NCBI GenBank assembly: GCA_964016885.1 | Contig: OZ024740.1 | Location: 161,882,001 to 161,946,000 of the forward strand | Direction: 5' to 3' | Length of the DNA: 64,000 nt | Source of the DNA: Eledone cirrhosa | Lineage: Eukaryota | Shown: in pieces, positions 20,160 to 34,945 of the stretch | How the letters are laid out: each line of letters starts with the position of its first letter | Numbering within the stretch: the stretch's first letter is position 1 | Notes under the pieces: generated by a model | Databases searched by the model: none | The model's input: the letters and a program-made list of their open reading frames with translations, nothing else | Told to the model about the DNA's origin: nothing | Position numbers and translations under genes: made by a program

Positions 20160-20202
<43 letters not shown>

Positions 20203-20368
20203 GAAGTGGTTACACAACAGTTAGTTCACCATACCAAGAACAATTGTTTCACCTTAGCAGATTCCCAGCTCGTAATCTAACTCGACCCATGGACTGAGTG
20301 CTCTACCACTACGGATATTACCTTCCAGTGTTCTACCACTATATATATATATATATATATATCACATA

Positions 20369-20414
<46 letters not shown>

Positions 20415-20439
20415 TGAAAGATACATATATATATATAGA

Positions 20440-20695
20440 GAGTTGTTGTTGGATCTCCGTTGATTCCGACGACGACGAGTGTTCCAGTTTTTTTAACAAC
20501 GGAACTGTCTGCTCGTGAACTTAACATGTATGTGGATGAGCAGGTTCACTCGTAACGAAGATCCCAAGAAGATTACAGGAACAACCCATTTTTGCTAGCT
20601 GAATGAACTAAACCAATATGAAATAAAGGTTAAATGTACAATGCACCACCCAGTCGCGAGACCAGGAACCTAACCACTACGCCATGGGTCTTCAC
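20440..20695 (-). mobile_element. tRNA-derived SINE remnant
   Basis: Reverse-complement similarity to 4224-4522; ctaaccactacgccatg marks the A-box end. Confidence 0.6.
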
Positions 20696-20804
20696 GCACA
20701 TAAAGATAAAGAGAAAAAGCGAGAGAAAATGATAGAGGCGTGTGTGAAAGCATATAGAACATATTTATGTATTATAAACATACATGTGACACAGCTACTG
20801 CATA

Positions 20805-20835
<31 letters not shown>

Positions 20836-20846
20836 TTAATAGAAAT

Positions 20847-20897
20847 GGCTTCTACAGGACTAGAACTGCTTCATTCAGGAGAAATCATCAGGAAGCC
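20847..20897 (-). ncRNA. Type I hammerhead-like motif (GAAG variant)
   Basis: Reverse complement: ggcttc CTGATGA tttc-tcct-gaat GAAG cag-ttctagtc-ctg TA gaagcc; relatives at 5934-6043 have GAAA. Confidence 0.6.
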
Positions 20898-21109
20898 CTG
20901 TTATGCTGCCAATAAAAAAACACACCTGTTGGTTTTCACTTCAATTTATTACAAATTTCCGATTGGTTGGTTTATTAAATGGATGGTTGTTTATTTATTG
21001 TCAAAGCTCTTTCATCACATCATCTGTGACCTCCTCAGTGATTAATTTGTTATTTTGTGTCCCTCCTGTGTTCTGTCCTGCACCTTCGTGTTTTTGGCAT
21101 ACAAACCGA

Positions 21110-22625
21110 GGTACCATCGGCCAAGGCAGAAGAATTCCAGCTGCTGCTTGCTAACAAATTTGAGGCTCTAGCACCATTTGAAGACCTTGACAAAGAGTGT
21201 GAGAGTTTCACCAACGTCATCTATGTGACTTCGTTGGAAATCAATGGACAAAACAAAGCACCTAAATCTGATGAAGTCTCTGTTGATATGAAGCACCTGA
21301 GAGAGACGAAGCGTCACTTGAGGAGAAGCATAAAGAATATTCAGTACACAGAACTCTACAAGGTCATAAGGTGGAGAATAGCAAAAGAGATAGAGACCTG
21401 TAATGAGGAACAACTGTGAGACCTTGAAATAAATAGAGGACTTAAGTCTGTCAAACGAAAGCAGTGACTGGGGAAGAACAAAATCCCCACACTTAAAGAA
21501 GATGGCAAACTCATCCATGTCTTAGGCAGGAGGATCAAAAGGTACAAATATTTCTACACCAAATGTTACAGCATCAGACAGAACAAACAACCCACAACCA
21601 CTACTAACGACCACAGGACAATTGACTCCCACCCATCTCACCATTAGAGATGAAAGGAGCCATAAAATGATTGAAGCAAGGCAAACCTCCTGGAGAAGAC
21701 AACATGACAACATGCATTTGTAGGATGGTGGATAGCCTATTGTTGAACCTATCACCAAGCTGTTCAACAGATGCCTCAGCAGTAGCAAAGTTCCTGGATG
21801 CAGGAAGAACACTTCAGTAGTTATCATCCACAAGAAGGGCAATAGAGCTAACATCAAAATCAGCTTCCTGCCAGTGATCTAGAAGGTGTTCTCTCAGGTT
21901 CTATTGCAGCGAATGCTACAAACACTGGATCAGCATCAGCCCCAGGATCTGGCTGACTTCAGATCAGGATTCTCCACCAGTGACCACATTCATGGCATCA
22001 GCCAGCTCTAGGAGAAGACCAAAGAGTACAAGATCCCATTCTGCATTGCCTTTGTTGACAATGAGAGAAATTTCCTCCGTTTAGAGCACTTAAGAATCAA
22101 GGAGTTAACGAAGCCTACATTACTTTACTATGAGACCTCTACAACAGTACTACATCAACACTAAAGCTCCACAGAGACATATAAGATTAAGCTGGAAAGA
22201 GGAACAAGACAAGGAGAGAACATATCATCACAACTGCAAGATGGCATCATCAAAAAGTTTGAGTAGGATGAAAGGAGGATCAACATCAATGGTGAGTGCC
22301 TATCACACTTTATCTTATCTGATACCATCATTCTCATGACTCAAACACCACAAGAAATCCAAAACATGCTCACTGACATCCACAACATAAGTAGACTACT
22401 TGGTCTCAACATGCACTTAGGTAAAACCAAAGTAATGGTGAATAAATATGCAAATATAATCCAGTCATTGACAATAAGAAGACTATCGAAGAGGTGGACA
22501 GCTATGTCTACCTTGATAAGTTATAAGGTGTTGCTCAGTATCTATACACTGAAATGCAGAGCCTTGCTGGGTTTGTCTGGCCACTTCATATGAATCGACA
22601 GCAAACGCCTTCCGAAACATTTTTT
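21110..22625 (+). mobile_element. Decayed RTE-clade LINE (RT region)
   Basis: Remnants FQLLLANKFEAL, VIIHKKGNRANI, GFSTSDHIHGISQL*EKTKEYKIPFCIAFVD, GLNMHLGKTKVM, VDSYVYL; many stops and frameshifts. Confidence 0.85.
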
Positions 22626-24178
22626 CTTCTATAGTGAGCTGGTATAAGGGTAACTCTTTTCATCACACTGTTATTATTATGTATAAGTATATTATTATTA
22701 TGTATAAGTATATAAAGAGAGTGGATGTGAATGGCTTCATCCTTCCCATGGCCTTGTGCCAAGGTAAGAAATATATATTAAAATTTCATCCTTCAGGGGT
22801 CAATGAAATAAAGTACTAGTGAAGTATTGCAGTCAATATAATTGGCATATACTGGTTGAGAGTTTCCAACAAATCATTTCAGTGATGTATGAGAATTTAT
22901 TTTTTCACGTCCTGTACCAGTTAAAACTGCATTAATAAGATATTCTTGAAAAATACAAGGCAGTAATGACTGCAATGCATTAAAAAATAAAGTCTAATAC
23001 TACAAATTTCCATGATGATCTGTTAACAACTTAAAAATACTATAAACATTTGAATAACAAACCCTGTTTTAGATATTTTCTGCAAAATAATTACAAGATG
23101 TTAAAAGTTAAGGATGGATGGTGCTTTAAAAAAACCATAGCATTACTGTGACAAGCAGTGGACCTAGGTGACATTAGTTTTGAAAGACAATGTATTCAAT
23201 GCAAATTGACAAAAAGATACACATTGGAAGGCAACACAACAGGCAAAGGTGTAAAACATTTACTTTACACAATGGGAGCTTCTCTATCTCTTAAGCATGA
23301 AAATATTTTATTGGCAGTGATAAGTAATCGTAATGAAACAGATTCCACTCATGCCTCATATAATAAGGCAAAGTAAGAATTTCATGGCAAGATATCTTAT
23401 CTTCATTCAAATGTATAGTGAGAATTCATGATAAGGTTTAAAACCTCTCTGTTTCCTATCATTGTCCCATATCAACCAAATCCTTGTAAGTGAAATTGAG
23501 TTAAAAACTGTGAAAAGAAACTAGTCTGTTGAAGTGAACCTTTTATTAAACTGTCACTGAGTAATTTTGGCAGAGGCCACTCTAACTCAATATCTTCCTC
23601 TTTCCCCTTTGACAATCTTTACAAGAAAGGTCATGGATCTTGCCTCTCTTCCTCTGACTAAGTTATTAAACAAGTAGGAAGTAACATAAATAACCAAGTC
23701 CTGGATTAAGTGTTTAAAGGGCTATTACATTGGTATCTATCATTTTAGTTACATTTTAACAAATTCCAAGATCTTCAGTGGTTGATAACTCATGTGTTTG
23801 TTAGGTAAAATAGTGTTATAGTCATAAGGCAATTCCACCTAACAATAAAAAGTGTTCTTGTGTCTAAGAAAGTCATTCAGGCTGGAATCATTTTGATCAG
23901 GGTTGACAAATGGTTAAACAATAACAGTAACATCAATTCCATAGTACTACTCATGCTATTTATAGTAATTGTTTTAACATTCTAGTATTATGGTAACTAC
24001 TCAGGGGTTTTATTAAGCTATTTAAGTTTTCAGGTTAAAGAAATGAAAACTATGTTTTAAATATCGAAATAGATTAGTAGAACCTGAAAAAACTATGTGC
24101 TGTGTCAAAAAACAGTAAATACAAGATGTTGATAAAATGTGATAAGTTTTTATGTTTTCAAAAATAAATTAGCTTGGC

Positions 24179-24383
24179 TTAATCCTTTATACTATTATAT
24201 TTTCTTGGTAAAGGCTTTATGTCACATAGTATCTCATAATATCGAATCTATGAGATTTTGATATTATTTCTTTTGAGAACAATACCTTAACATTAATATG
24301 TGGCCAGTTACAGCCGGTTTGAACAGAAAGAGCTGAGATAATTCTAGCTAGATACAGTCGATTTAAATGCTATAAAGTATAAA
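24179..24383 (-). mobile_element. MITE, same family as 45904-46245 and 46967-47166
   Basis: Reverse complement of aaggtattgttctcaaaa...aaatctcatagattc.a.attatg.ga...aaagcctttacc. Confidence 0.6.
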
Positions 24384-25514
24384 CCTGTGTTATGGGTAGG
24401 ATCCTTTCACTGGGGAGATTTTTTAAATAATTGTTTTAACTCTATTTATACCAACCTGTCTGAAATTGTGCTTGTTTTATGATACAAAGCTACCTATTTA
24501 AAAGTCTTCCAACATAATTTTATTTCAGAAATTCCCCTTAATAAAAGAAGTTAGTTGTTTTATTAAATTCCTCTAAATTTTTGATTACATTCAAAATTAA
24601 TTAAAACACATAGGTTCGTTAAATATATGGTAACAAAGCATTTAAAAAAAAAACGTGAAACTTCAGGTCGGTAAACTGATATACTATTAAACTTTGAAAC
24701 AGGTATATAAGTGGTTCATATCATATGAGTGTCCATAGTGAAGCTCAGGTAGCTGGAAATAGGTACTGCAGAGTCAGGACAGTTTGTTGTTACCTGCAAG
24801 CATGGAAATTGGTGAGAGAGTTTTAGTGTTGAATTTATTCTCTTCTTAAAGGTAGGAGGAAGTGGAATGGACTCCCTTGGTTTCAACCAGGATTGTTCCA
24901 GTTGTTCAATCAATGGATTAGCCTGCTCATAAAATTAACTCCTAAGTAACTGAATATTCCACAGACATGTGTACCCATAACATAATACACACAGATTCAA
25001 CTTGATACAGTGTGTTATAAGGTTGGCCCTTTGAATTACAGATATTGTCCATCTAATGAGCTTCCTACCAGTTTTGCCTACCCACTTTCACTCACAAGGC
25101 ATGGGTCAACGAAAGGCTATGGTATAGCTTGAACAGGAATGAAACTAATTTGCCAGGTATATTGCATATAGAGCCAGCAATATACCAGCAATACACCCTG
25201 CTATCATAAATAATGAAACAGCACATCAGATAATGTAGGCCTACAAAGAAGACGGGATGACCACAGCTGGAACGCCTTATATTATAGGCATACTCCATGA
25301 AGCTTTAGTCAATTACTAATGATACATTTTCCTTACAACATAAATATTTTTAGTCAATGCTCGATATTTTAAATATGTTAACACTAACTTAACTTTCTAC
25401 CACATAAATATAATGCTCCCTGTATAAATAACAACTATCTATTTATCTGCCTACCCACCACATATATACTTCAAATTAGCTTTTTAATGGTCCCTGCATT
25501 GAACATATTGTGGA

Positions 25515-25770
25515 GGCATGTGGCCAAGCGGTAAGGGTTGTTGGACTTACGATCATAATATCATGGGTTTGATTCCTAGGTTGAATTGTGTGTTGCTTTC
25601 ATGTTGCTCAGTTGAAAATAGATACCAGCAATAGCTGGGGGTTTAACCCTGCAATGGACTGGTGTCCTGTCCAGTGGGGAATCTTGTACTCTCAGTCACT
25701 TCATGCCACAGAAACTAGGCTAAGCACCAGCCTGATGAGCCTCCAAGCTTGAGACAGACTTTAGACATTT
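25515..25770 (+). mobile_element. tRNA-derived SINE
   Basis: ggcatgtggccaagcggtaagg A-box, gggtttgattcc B-box; 3' part shared with 4015-4170; (ttagac) tail. Confidence 0.7.
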
Positions 25771-26461
25771 GTTTAGACATTAAACATATTAATACCAGCT
25801 ATACAATACTATACCACACTATACTTGGAAATATTGGTTTCATGATTAGCCTAAAGAAATCTGTATGTTGTCTTCCATACTGTGTTATAGAATTATTTTT
25901 TTAAAAATCATTCTCGCAAGAAGAACAACATATACAAAAAGAAAAGAAATTTCATAAAGTAAAAAAAATAAGGAAAAATATGATTTGAAGAAAAAGGTTG
26001 GTTAAGAAAATTTTCAATAAATTTTAATTCAAATAAGAAGAAAATGGTATTCGCTGAGTTTGACAAAAATTTTTAACATTTAAAAAATTTTTTTTATGAT
26101 AGTCATTTGTTTCATGGCCCAGTAGATTACATTTTATTTACCAAAAATCAAATCTTTAGTTCATCGGATGATATGATTATATAAAAAACAGGAAATCAGT
26201 GTATGTATTTCCTTTAAACACACATACTCACATTCATGTATGTGCGTATATACACACACATATATATGTGTGCGTGTGTGAGTTGGAAGAGATGAAGTGA
26301 GGGGGGGGGGGGGGGTTGTGTACAAAGTCTGTGTGAGAAGCACCAATTTAATTCATCCAAGGAAGAAAAATAAAAAAAATAATGATTTAAGAAAGAAAAT
26401 ATATGTAAGTATGCAATGTGTGTGTGTTAGTATATATATATATTTATATATATATATACTA

Positions 26462-26493
<32 letters not shown>

Positions 26494-26688
26494 GCAAAGA
26501 GAGAGATATATGAATGTATGTATGTATATATAGTATTGATTATACTATTTATGGTTATGCAAATACAAAAACCTTTTGTAGTTATATATATTTTTATAAA
26601 CCCTAAATAGTGGTAGGCAGTAATATACTACTACCAGTAAGTTAAATAGCTCAATGTAATAACATCAGATGATTTACAGAGCAGTTAT

Positions 26689-27457
26689 ATGAATTATAAG
26701 AATCAAAGAACTGTTCAAAACATTTTTATGCTTACAACTGTTTCCTCCAAACCGAGGTTTGGATTCTTCGGAGCAATTTATTATTGAATGAACACTTATA
26801 TGACCTCCTTTTCACCCAAGAGACATACAAATACATATGCAAATATTGTGGGTCAACATTCATTACAGCATTTAGTATGGCAGTACACATTTAGAGATTA
26901 CATTCATGTTAAAAGATACAATAAAAAATACAGGTTAAAATACATGAAATTAAGCGGTTATAGAGTGCAATGGTTATATGTGTGGCAAGCACGTGCGTCT
27001 TGTTTATATAGTGTGGCAGAGAGTTACGTGTAATAGAAGCACTTAAGCAGGTAATCAAGAGTGTTAAGAGGGTTGATCTGGTAATGAATTCTTTATATGA
27101 TTGTTATAGCCTGTGTGTGGAGAAATAATATAAGTATTAAAAATAATGTAAGCATTAAAAATATTGGAAATGCGTAGCGAAGCGATGATATGGATTTCAT
27201 GCACTGCGACATTTTCATAGTCTGGGGAGCGTACTTTTCAGATTTTATGCCCCTCACATAATCCACGACGATTCGATATTGGGCGTTTGACAATCCAGTT
27301 AGAGAATCGTAGTCTGATGTTCTTTAGCTCAATACAGGAGGATGTTACGTCTTTTCATTCAATAATAAATTGCTCCGAAGAATCCAAACCTCGGTTTGGA
27401 GGAAACAATTGTAAGCATAAAAATGTTTTGAACAGTTCTTTGATTCTTATAATTCAT
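26689..27457. mobile_element. Element with ~104-bp inverted termini (26689-26792 / 27354-27457), each containing an HHR-like motif
   Basis: Arms are near-identical reverse complements; ends in (TA)n. Confidence 0.8.
27371..27417 (+). ncRNA. Type I minimal hammerhead-like motif (CCGAAGA core variant)
   Basis: tgct CCGAAGA a tccaaac-ctcg-gtttgga g GAAA caattg TA agca; inverted copy at 26729-26775. Confidence 0.65.
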
Positions 27458-27458
27458 G

Positions 27459-27496
<38 letters not shown>

Positions 27497-28324
27497 TAGT
27501 AGTAATAATAAATTTGAAGACTAAAATACAAAGAGGGCTCTAAAAGGATAAATATATATGAAATATATAAGAACTGTAACTTGTAAACATAAATTGCACA
27601 GAACTTTCCTGATTTACAGCCCCACATTATACCCTAACGGATAATACGAACTATACGCGGATATTTTACGTCTTGATGTGGTAGCTAAGTATATGTTATG
27701 TTTATACCATTACTTATTTGTATAGGTAAGTATATATTACCTGTATGTTTTGTGAAGGTACGTATACTTTCTCGTACGTATATTTGATTGTATATGTTAT
27801 GGCGTATATATTATATATTCTAGTACATATGCTTTTGGTTATGTGTATACGTGAGTTTTGCGTCTGTGTGAGTATGCGGGTTCGTACGTATGTAGGGTGT
27901 GTGTATATGTGTACTTTGTGTTTTGGTTGACGTACGTCTCCAAACATATGTGTATTTACATCTAGGTATGTGTGTGCGCTTGTTATATACGTTTTTATTT
28001 ATTTATATACGTTTATTTAATTATATGTATACACGCACATACACACATATATATATTTTTATGTGTATTTGATGTATACATTCGTATGTGTGCGCGTACA
28101 GGCGCGTTAAGTGGGTTCTGTATGTGCGTGCGGGGTTTTTTTTTGTTTTTTTTTGTGTACGTGCGTGTATTTGTATACCTATGGCGAGTGTTTTCGCGTA
28201 TGCTTGTGTATGTACGTATATGGGTGCGTGTATGTATTTATTTAATTTCAATTACCTCTGTATTTTATTTACTTTATTCTTAACTCTGAAGCGGAGAATC
28301 ATTCGGTTTCCTAGTTAGAATTTT

Positions 28325-28745
28325 AGTCTACGACTTCAGTTATACCATTTACATGGTTTTGTCTTTGCGTGCAATTGCTCTCACCGCTCCACATATGACG
28401 TATTATCTTCGTTTTTCCGTTCATTGCCAGAGAACGTCTCTATGAACCACCTAATAGAATATTAGTCTACGACTTCTTTTATACCATAAACGTGGTTTTG
28501 TCTTTGCGTGTAATTGTTTTTCACCGCTCCAGATAATGACGTATTATATTCGTTTTTTCCCGTTCTTTGCCAGGGAAGGTTTCCACGAACCAAAGTATCG
28601 CCGACTTCCTGTCTTCCTCCGGTTGCAGCGTTTTTTGAAATATTCACTTCTGCGTTCACAGATTGACTTTGTTAGTTTCAGAAGATCCTGTTAAGGGTGA
28701 AAGCAGCGATTCTATGCTTAAATTTTAATCTGTTATTTTAATAAA
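28325..28745 (+). repeat. Repeat family P1 copy with HHR-like motif (28674-28724)
   Basis: Matches 6300-6723; preceded by a TG-rich low-complexity tract at 27700-28260. Confidence 0.8.
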
Positions 28746-29093
28746 TATATATATATATATATATAAGAATGAAATGAGGTTTGACAATATGCACATATCA
28801 AAATATCTCATTAATCCAAGAACCCAATATCCAGCAGAAGTACTGTGTAGGTGGTGGTCATGTTGATGAAAAACACATTTGTGGTGCAGGTGAATTTAGT
28901 GGGATGGGGTTTACTTTATATGTATATATATACAATATGTTGAAAAGGTAACACACCAGAGAGAGATATACAGTGCGCTATCAATAAAACAGGGAAAAAA
29001 CCACCAGTGTATGGAATCTATAACCTATGAAAGGCAGACACGATAATTAAAAATATAAATTAAAGCGTAAATAAATACCTCTATAACTAAATA

Positions 29094-29176
29094 ACACACG
29101 TACAAATCCAAAGAGATCTGTTTCACCATTAAGTTGTTGACAGAAATGGAATAACATGCGGTTCTTCAGTGTGTGT
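29094..29176 (-). ncRNA. Type I hammerhead-like motif with extended stems
   Basis: Reverse complement: acacaca CTGAAGA acc...ggt GAAA cagatct-cttt-ggatttg TA cgtgtgt. Confidence 0.6.
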
Positions 29177-29285
29177 AAGGCTATACATTTCAGACAACAC
29201 TAAGAGAATTTTAAAAGTGACTGTCCAGCTACACGTGGGAGAGAGAAGTCACAGCGTGTTTAAGGGCAGTGAACCAGTGGCCTAT

Positions 29286-29770
<485 letters not shown>

Positions 29771-30176
29771 AAGTAACCACACAGCCTCTTGTTTCTTCAC
29801 TCTCTCTCTCTCTATATATATATATAAATCAAAATGGATACTAGGGATAGTTGAGTGTGGTAATATGGAAGAGTTGGGACCCTAACGGCTGAGCTCTTGC
29901 TGGTTTGGAACTAGCTGTTGAAATATCAAGAGCTCAGCCGCGGGGTCCTGACTCTTTCATATTTATATATACATATATAAATATACGTATTTTATTGATG
30001 AATGCCAGAAAAAGTACTCAATACCGAAACGGTGAAACTTGCTAATCTGGAGTTTCATTATTTAGTCATAAGATCAACATATATATATATATCCAGAAAC
30101 ATTATATGGAGTAGCGAAACAATTGTAAACGGACATTATTAGTATTATTATTCTTTACGTTCTTATATATTCACTA

Positions 30177-30360
30177 TGGCGGTGGATTGGCAGTATCGGT
30201 AGAGAGTCGGACGCCATGCTTTGACGCATAGAGTTACGGCCCTTGCCATTCTGAGTTCAAATCCCGCCGAGGTTAACTTTGCCTTTCATCATCTTTACGG
30301 GGTCGTACCAGTAATGCACTGGGTATTTGCTGGCCTTGTGCCAAAAGTAGAAACAATTAT
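30177..30360 (+). mobile_element. tRNA-derived SINE, family A
   Basis: ggcggtggattggcagtatcggtagag...gagttcaaatcccgccgaggttaactttgcctttcatc...gctggccttgtgccaaaagtagaaacaatt. Confidence 0.85.
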
Positions 30361-30739
30361 TATTATTCTTTACATTCCTTACATTAAACTAAAACTATGT
30401 TGACAATCTTTTAATAATGTCTTCCTTGTGAAATTTGTGGTCTTGTTTTGCTTAACTAATGAATATATATGATAAATGTGGTTTGTGTTAGGAAGGGCAT
30501 CCAGCTATAACAAATCTGGCCAAATTTACAGTCTCGGCAGAATAAGGTACGACATGGCCAATTCTAGCCAGACTTGTCTCTCAACAGTGGTGGATGTAAT
30601 ATAGAAAGAATGAGAGAACACTAAACTAATCAGTAATCACACATATTCTTATTTCATTAGAATGAAAACAAAGAGGAATTTACAAAGAAAATAAATACAA
30701 TAAATAATTTAAATGAAGTTCCTAAACATAAACCACTTG

Positions 30740-30827
<88 letters not shown>

Positions 30828-31088
30828 TAAAATAACAGGAGGCTGGACTGGTGTAATTCCTTAAAGGTTTATTATATTAAGAAGATTTCAATGACCGGGT
30901 TCAGTATGAATCCGGTGACAACATCAGGTATTCGAAATTTAACAAAGGATTATAATAGACACAATCCATGAGGCCAAAAGGGCAGCCAAACATTTAGTAG
31001 TTTCTAGTCCGCTCGGCCGTCCTATATATATATATCCAAGTGGTTTATGTTTAGGAGCTTCATTTAAATTATTTATTGTATTTATTTT

Positions 31089-31289
<201 letters not shown>

Positions 31290-31520
31290 AAGTGGAAGGT
31301 TAGTAAATTCGAAGTTATAGCAGTCGGCCAATATCCACAAAGTAACAATTCGGATTTTCGCAAAGCACTCAGTAAGAATGTATCGATAAATCGATAGGTT
31401 ACACCTTAGAGTAAGTAACATACGTTAAATAGTGTGACAAATTGAAACCTGTGGTTAGGGGACATAGCCACAGAAGCCAACACAACAATGAAAATACAAA
31501 CATATACAATATATATATAT

Positions 31521-31585
<65 letters not shown>

Positions 31586-31649
31586 GAATAGGCATGGTTG
31601 TATGGTTACGAAGTTCACTTTAAAACTACCTAATATATAAAAGGGTAAA

Positions 31650-31975
31650 GACACCATTCGGTCATGAATGACCATAGGATTTGCACCTAGAAAGTTTTCC
31701 TCCGAGGCGCAAGTCCAGGCAAGGTTGTTTGTGGAAGAGCAATAGTCGCCAATGCATACAAGTCTCCCCTCTCCACGCCACCGATGAGGTTCAAGGGAAA
31801 GGCAATGGTCGATACAGCTTGGCACCAGTGACGTCGCAACTCAATTCTACAGCTGAGTAAACTGGAGCAACGTGAAATAAAGTGTCTTGCTCAAGGACAC
31901 AACGCATCATCCGGTCCCAGAATCGAACCTCACAACCTTCCGATTGCAAGCCCAATGCTCTAACCACTAGGCCTT
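31650..31975 (-). mobile_element. tRNA-derived SINE
   Basis: Reverse complement has ggcctagtggttagagc A-box, ggttcgattc B-box and tgtccttgagcaagacactttatttcacgttgctccag core. Confidence 0.8.
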
Positions 31976-32094
31976 CACAACCTACCTAATATATAAATAT
32001 ATATATAAATATATACTATATTATATTTTGAGAATAAACTCTCAGTCGTTTACAATAATTAAGCTCCAGGAAAAGGGGCTTTTCCGAGCAGTTA

Positions 32095-32520
32095 AATACA
32101 TTAAAATATATGATAAACACGAAACGTGTTTACATTGCAACAGACAAAGTTAGCTATTAATGAAATAAACTAATTAAAGTGAATACAAATTGTCTGTCTC
32201 GATATAATTCAATAAAGACAAGCTTATATTGGCAACGGCCATGATTCCTGGACAGATTTAAATTTCGATTCTCTTTATTTTTCAATTCACATACCACCGT
32301 TGCGAAACGGATTTAGGTTTCGAGGTTCAAATTCGTCTACGGAACGGGTTTGGATTTTGAAATTTAAATCTGTCCAGGAATCATGGCCGATGCCAATATA
32401 AGCTTGTCTTTATTGAATTATATCGAGACAGACAATTTGTATTCACTTTATTTCATTAATAGCTAACTTTGTCTGTTGCAATGTAAACACGTTTCGTGTT
32501 TATCATATATTTTAATGTAT
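32095..32520. repeat. Inverted repeat, arms ~165-175 bp, spacer ~90 bp
   Basis: 32095-32266 is the reverse complement of 32358-32520; flanked by (TA)n. Confidence 0.9.
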
Positions 32521-32522
32521 AA

Positions 32523-32587
<65 letters not shown>

Positions 32588-32626
32588 TTCAAAATATTAA
32601 AAGTAGAACTGTATTGTGATCAAGTA

Positions 32627-32673
32627 TATTTTATTATACATATTTCAGAAGTACGTCCTCATCAGATAAAATA
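32627..32673 (-). ncRNA. Type I minimal hammerhead motif (short stem II)
   Basis: Reverse complement: tattttat CTGATGA ggacgtacttct GAAA tatgta TA ataaaata. Confidence 0.65.
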
Positions 32674-34072
32674 AGATGATGCATGACATACACTGACATA
32701 GTAGATGGTTAAGATCCACTCATGGTAGTGAGTAAGATATGACAAAACTCAATATTTATATACCTTAAGATTGATACATGAAAAAACTTACATATAATAA
32801 ATGCGTGTAAGAAAGTTTAAAAATACATAACTGTTAGAGATTCAAATAATTATTGAAGAAAAAAGAGAAAGAGAAAACATGAGGGGAAATATAGCTAGAA
32901 GAGGTATAGAGAGCAAAGGAAAATTGATCAAGGAAAGGGAGACAAAGAGGAATAATTATAATTATAGTGAGGGATGTATAGTCATGTATGATATATATCC
33001 ATACCCAATTATACATTTGGGCATAGGTATGCGATAGAGTAAACTCGAATCATTGAATTATCTAGAAATATTCATCAATCTAAATCCTAAATATAACTGG
33101 GTGTAATCAATAAGGGTTAATTTCCTCAGTTAATTAGTTATATATACTATCCAAATGTGTCCGGTTGACCGTTAACTTTCAAATCGTTTAAGTTAGTTCA
33201 GAGTAATGAATTAATTAAAGTGTATAATATTTCAGGCTATAAAAGTTTATAAATATCTGTATTAATATTAAAGTATACTATCATATTTAATTCATAAAAT
33301 CATATTTTATGAATTCATATTTAAACTATTTGTAAATATGAGAGAGAAAATATGCTATTTTTCATCCTCTCGAATGTAAATCTTAATAATTTTATTATAA
33401 TATATTTAATTATTATATTGATGATATAATTTTAATATATAATTTTTAAAAAATTTCGATTAACAATTAGAATGCCTTTAAGCATCAAAAGGCCTTATAA
33501 TTAAACTTTTAAAAAAGTTTATTATTAAATTAGATATATGCATTTGTCTAAATATAAACAAAGATTATATTGTGTAAAGATTAAGATGATACCTATCATT
33601 TATAACATAATATAATATAATAAATAAGTTACTGGTAATATTGTTAAAAATTAAGGTTTTAGATCAATTATTATAATAAGGTCATGTAACACATATACTA
33701 TAAATATACAAGTCAATCAAACTTCTTGAATCATACGGATAAGAATACGATTCAAAGTAAAAAAATGAATTGTCTGCGATCCTAGATTGTCTTTATAAAT
33801 TTATATAGTAGTATAATGTGTCTGCAAACATGAGAAAGAGAAAGCCTAAGGATTTCATTGACCCGAAGGTAAGCCAAATTTAATTAAATAAAATAAAATA
33901 ATAATCATTATATAACTTAGAAAATTTAGAAAATATTTAGAACATATTTAACGATTATAACACTAGAAAATCATTAAAGTATTTAAAGTACTTATGAATG
34001 TAATTAGAGGCATGTTATTATACTAGATATACAGATTTATTCAAATATAAATACAGTATTCTAGATAATAGT

Positions 34073-34193
34073 TGTCTCTACTTTAGGCACAAGGCCAGCA
34101 ATTACCCAGTGCATTACTGGTACTTTATTTTATCGACCCCGTAAGGCAAAGTCAACCTCGGCGGGATTTGAACTTAGATCATAAAGGGATCAC
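34073..34193 (-). mobile_element. 5'-truncated family A SINE with 13-bp TSD
   Basis: TSD tctagataatagt at 34060-34072 and 34194-34206; empty site in the opposite arm at ~35461-35480. Confidence 0.85.
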
Positions 34194-34733
34194 TCTAGAT
34201 AATAGTGATCGATATACATATAATAAATAAACAGTACAATCATTGTTAGTAATGTTATAATTGAGGTTTTACATCAAGATAAGTAGAAAAAATATTGACG
34301 ACTAGTATTGTGTGTGATGCATATCCCGTAAATAAAATATAAATAAAATTTCCTGAATCGTAAAACATATTCCAGATAAGTAAATATACGAAAACATAAA
34401 TGCATGAATGATTTACGGTACATTATAATTGTTAAGCGTATAAGCCATATATTTAAAAAGATATATACAAGAATCCCAGTCAAAAATTAAATATATCTTA
34501 ACAATCAAAATGTATGCACATTCCTCAAGAGATCATGTTAACCAAACATATGTTTATATGCCTAAATAGGACCCTTTAATCTAACATTAATCATATCATA
34601 AAAGAATTAAAAAATAAAAAATTATTAAAGTTTTATAATCTGTTATAACGTTTTAGGTACACAGTTGATAAGATACGTCAAAGATTAGAACGTGCTTATT
34701 TAGTGTTCTTATGTAGTTTTCTATTTACCACAT

Positions 34734-34945
34734 TTAAGATGAAAATCCCCAGAAGATCCGTGACCTGCGCTGAGTCCGATGATCCCATGGTAATGTCAAA
34801 GTTTCTATTCCTATCTGAACGGTCCAATATTCATTGTTGAAATTAATTAGAGTTCTTCTAGCAGTTAATATGATATCCATTTCACCCGTAGTTAGATCTG
34901 TATGTTTGTAAGCGTAAGATAAAGCCTTCATAACTGTCTTCATAA
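34734..34945 (-). pseudogene. PLE reverse transcriptase fragment
   Basis: KALSYAYKHTDLTTGEMDIILTARRTLINFNNEYW then, after a frameshift, RNFDITMGSSDSAQVTDLLGIFIL (FD.TMGS.D.A...DL.G RT motif). Confidence 0.75.

Noticed and set aside
25731-25760. CTGATGAG as a hammerhead core
   Set aside because: No GAAA or stems; part of a SINE tail
30880-30932. Minus-strand CTGATGT...hairpin...GAAA
   Set aside because: Core is mutated and no stem I partner exists; at most a remnant
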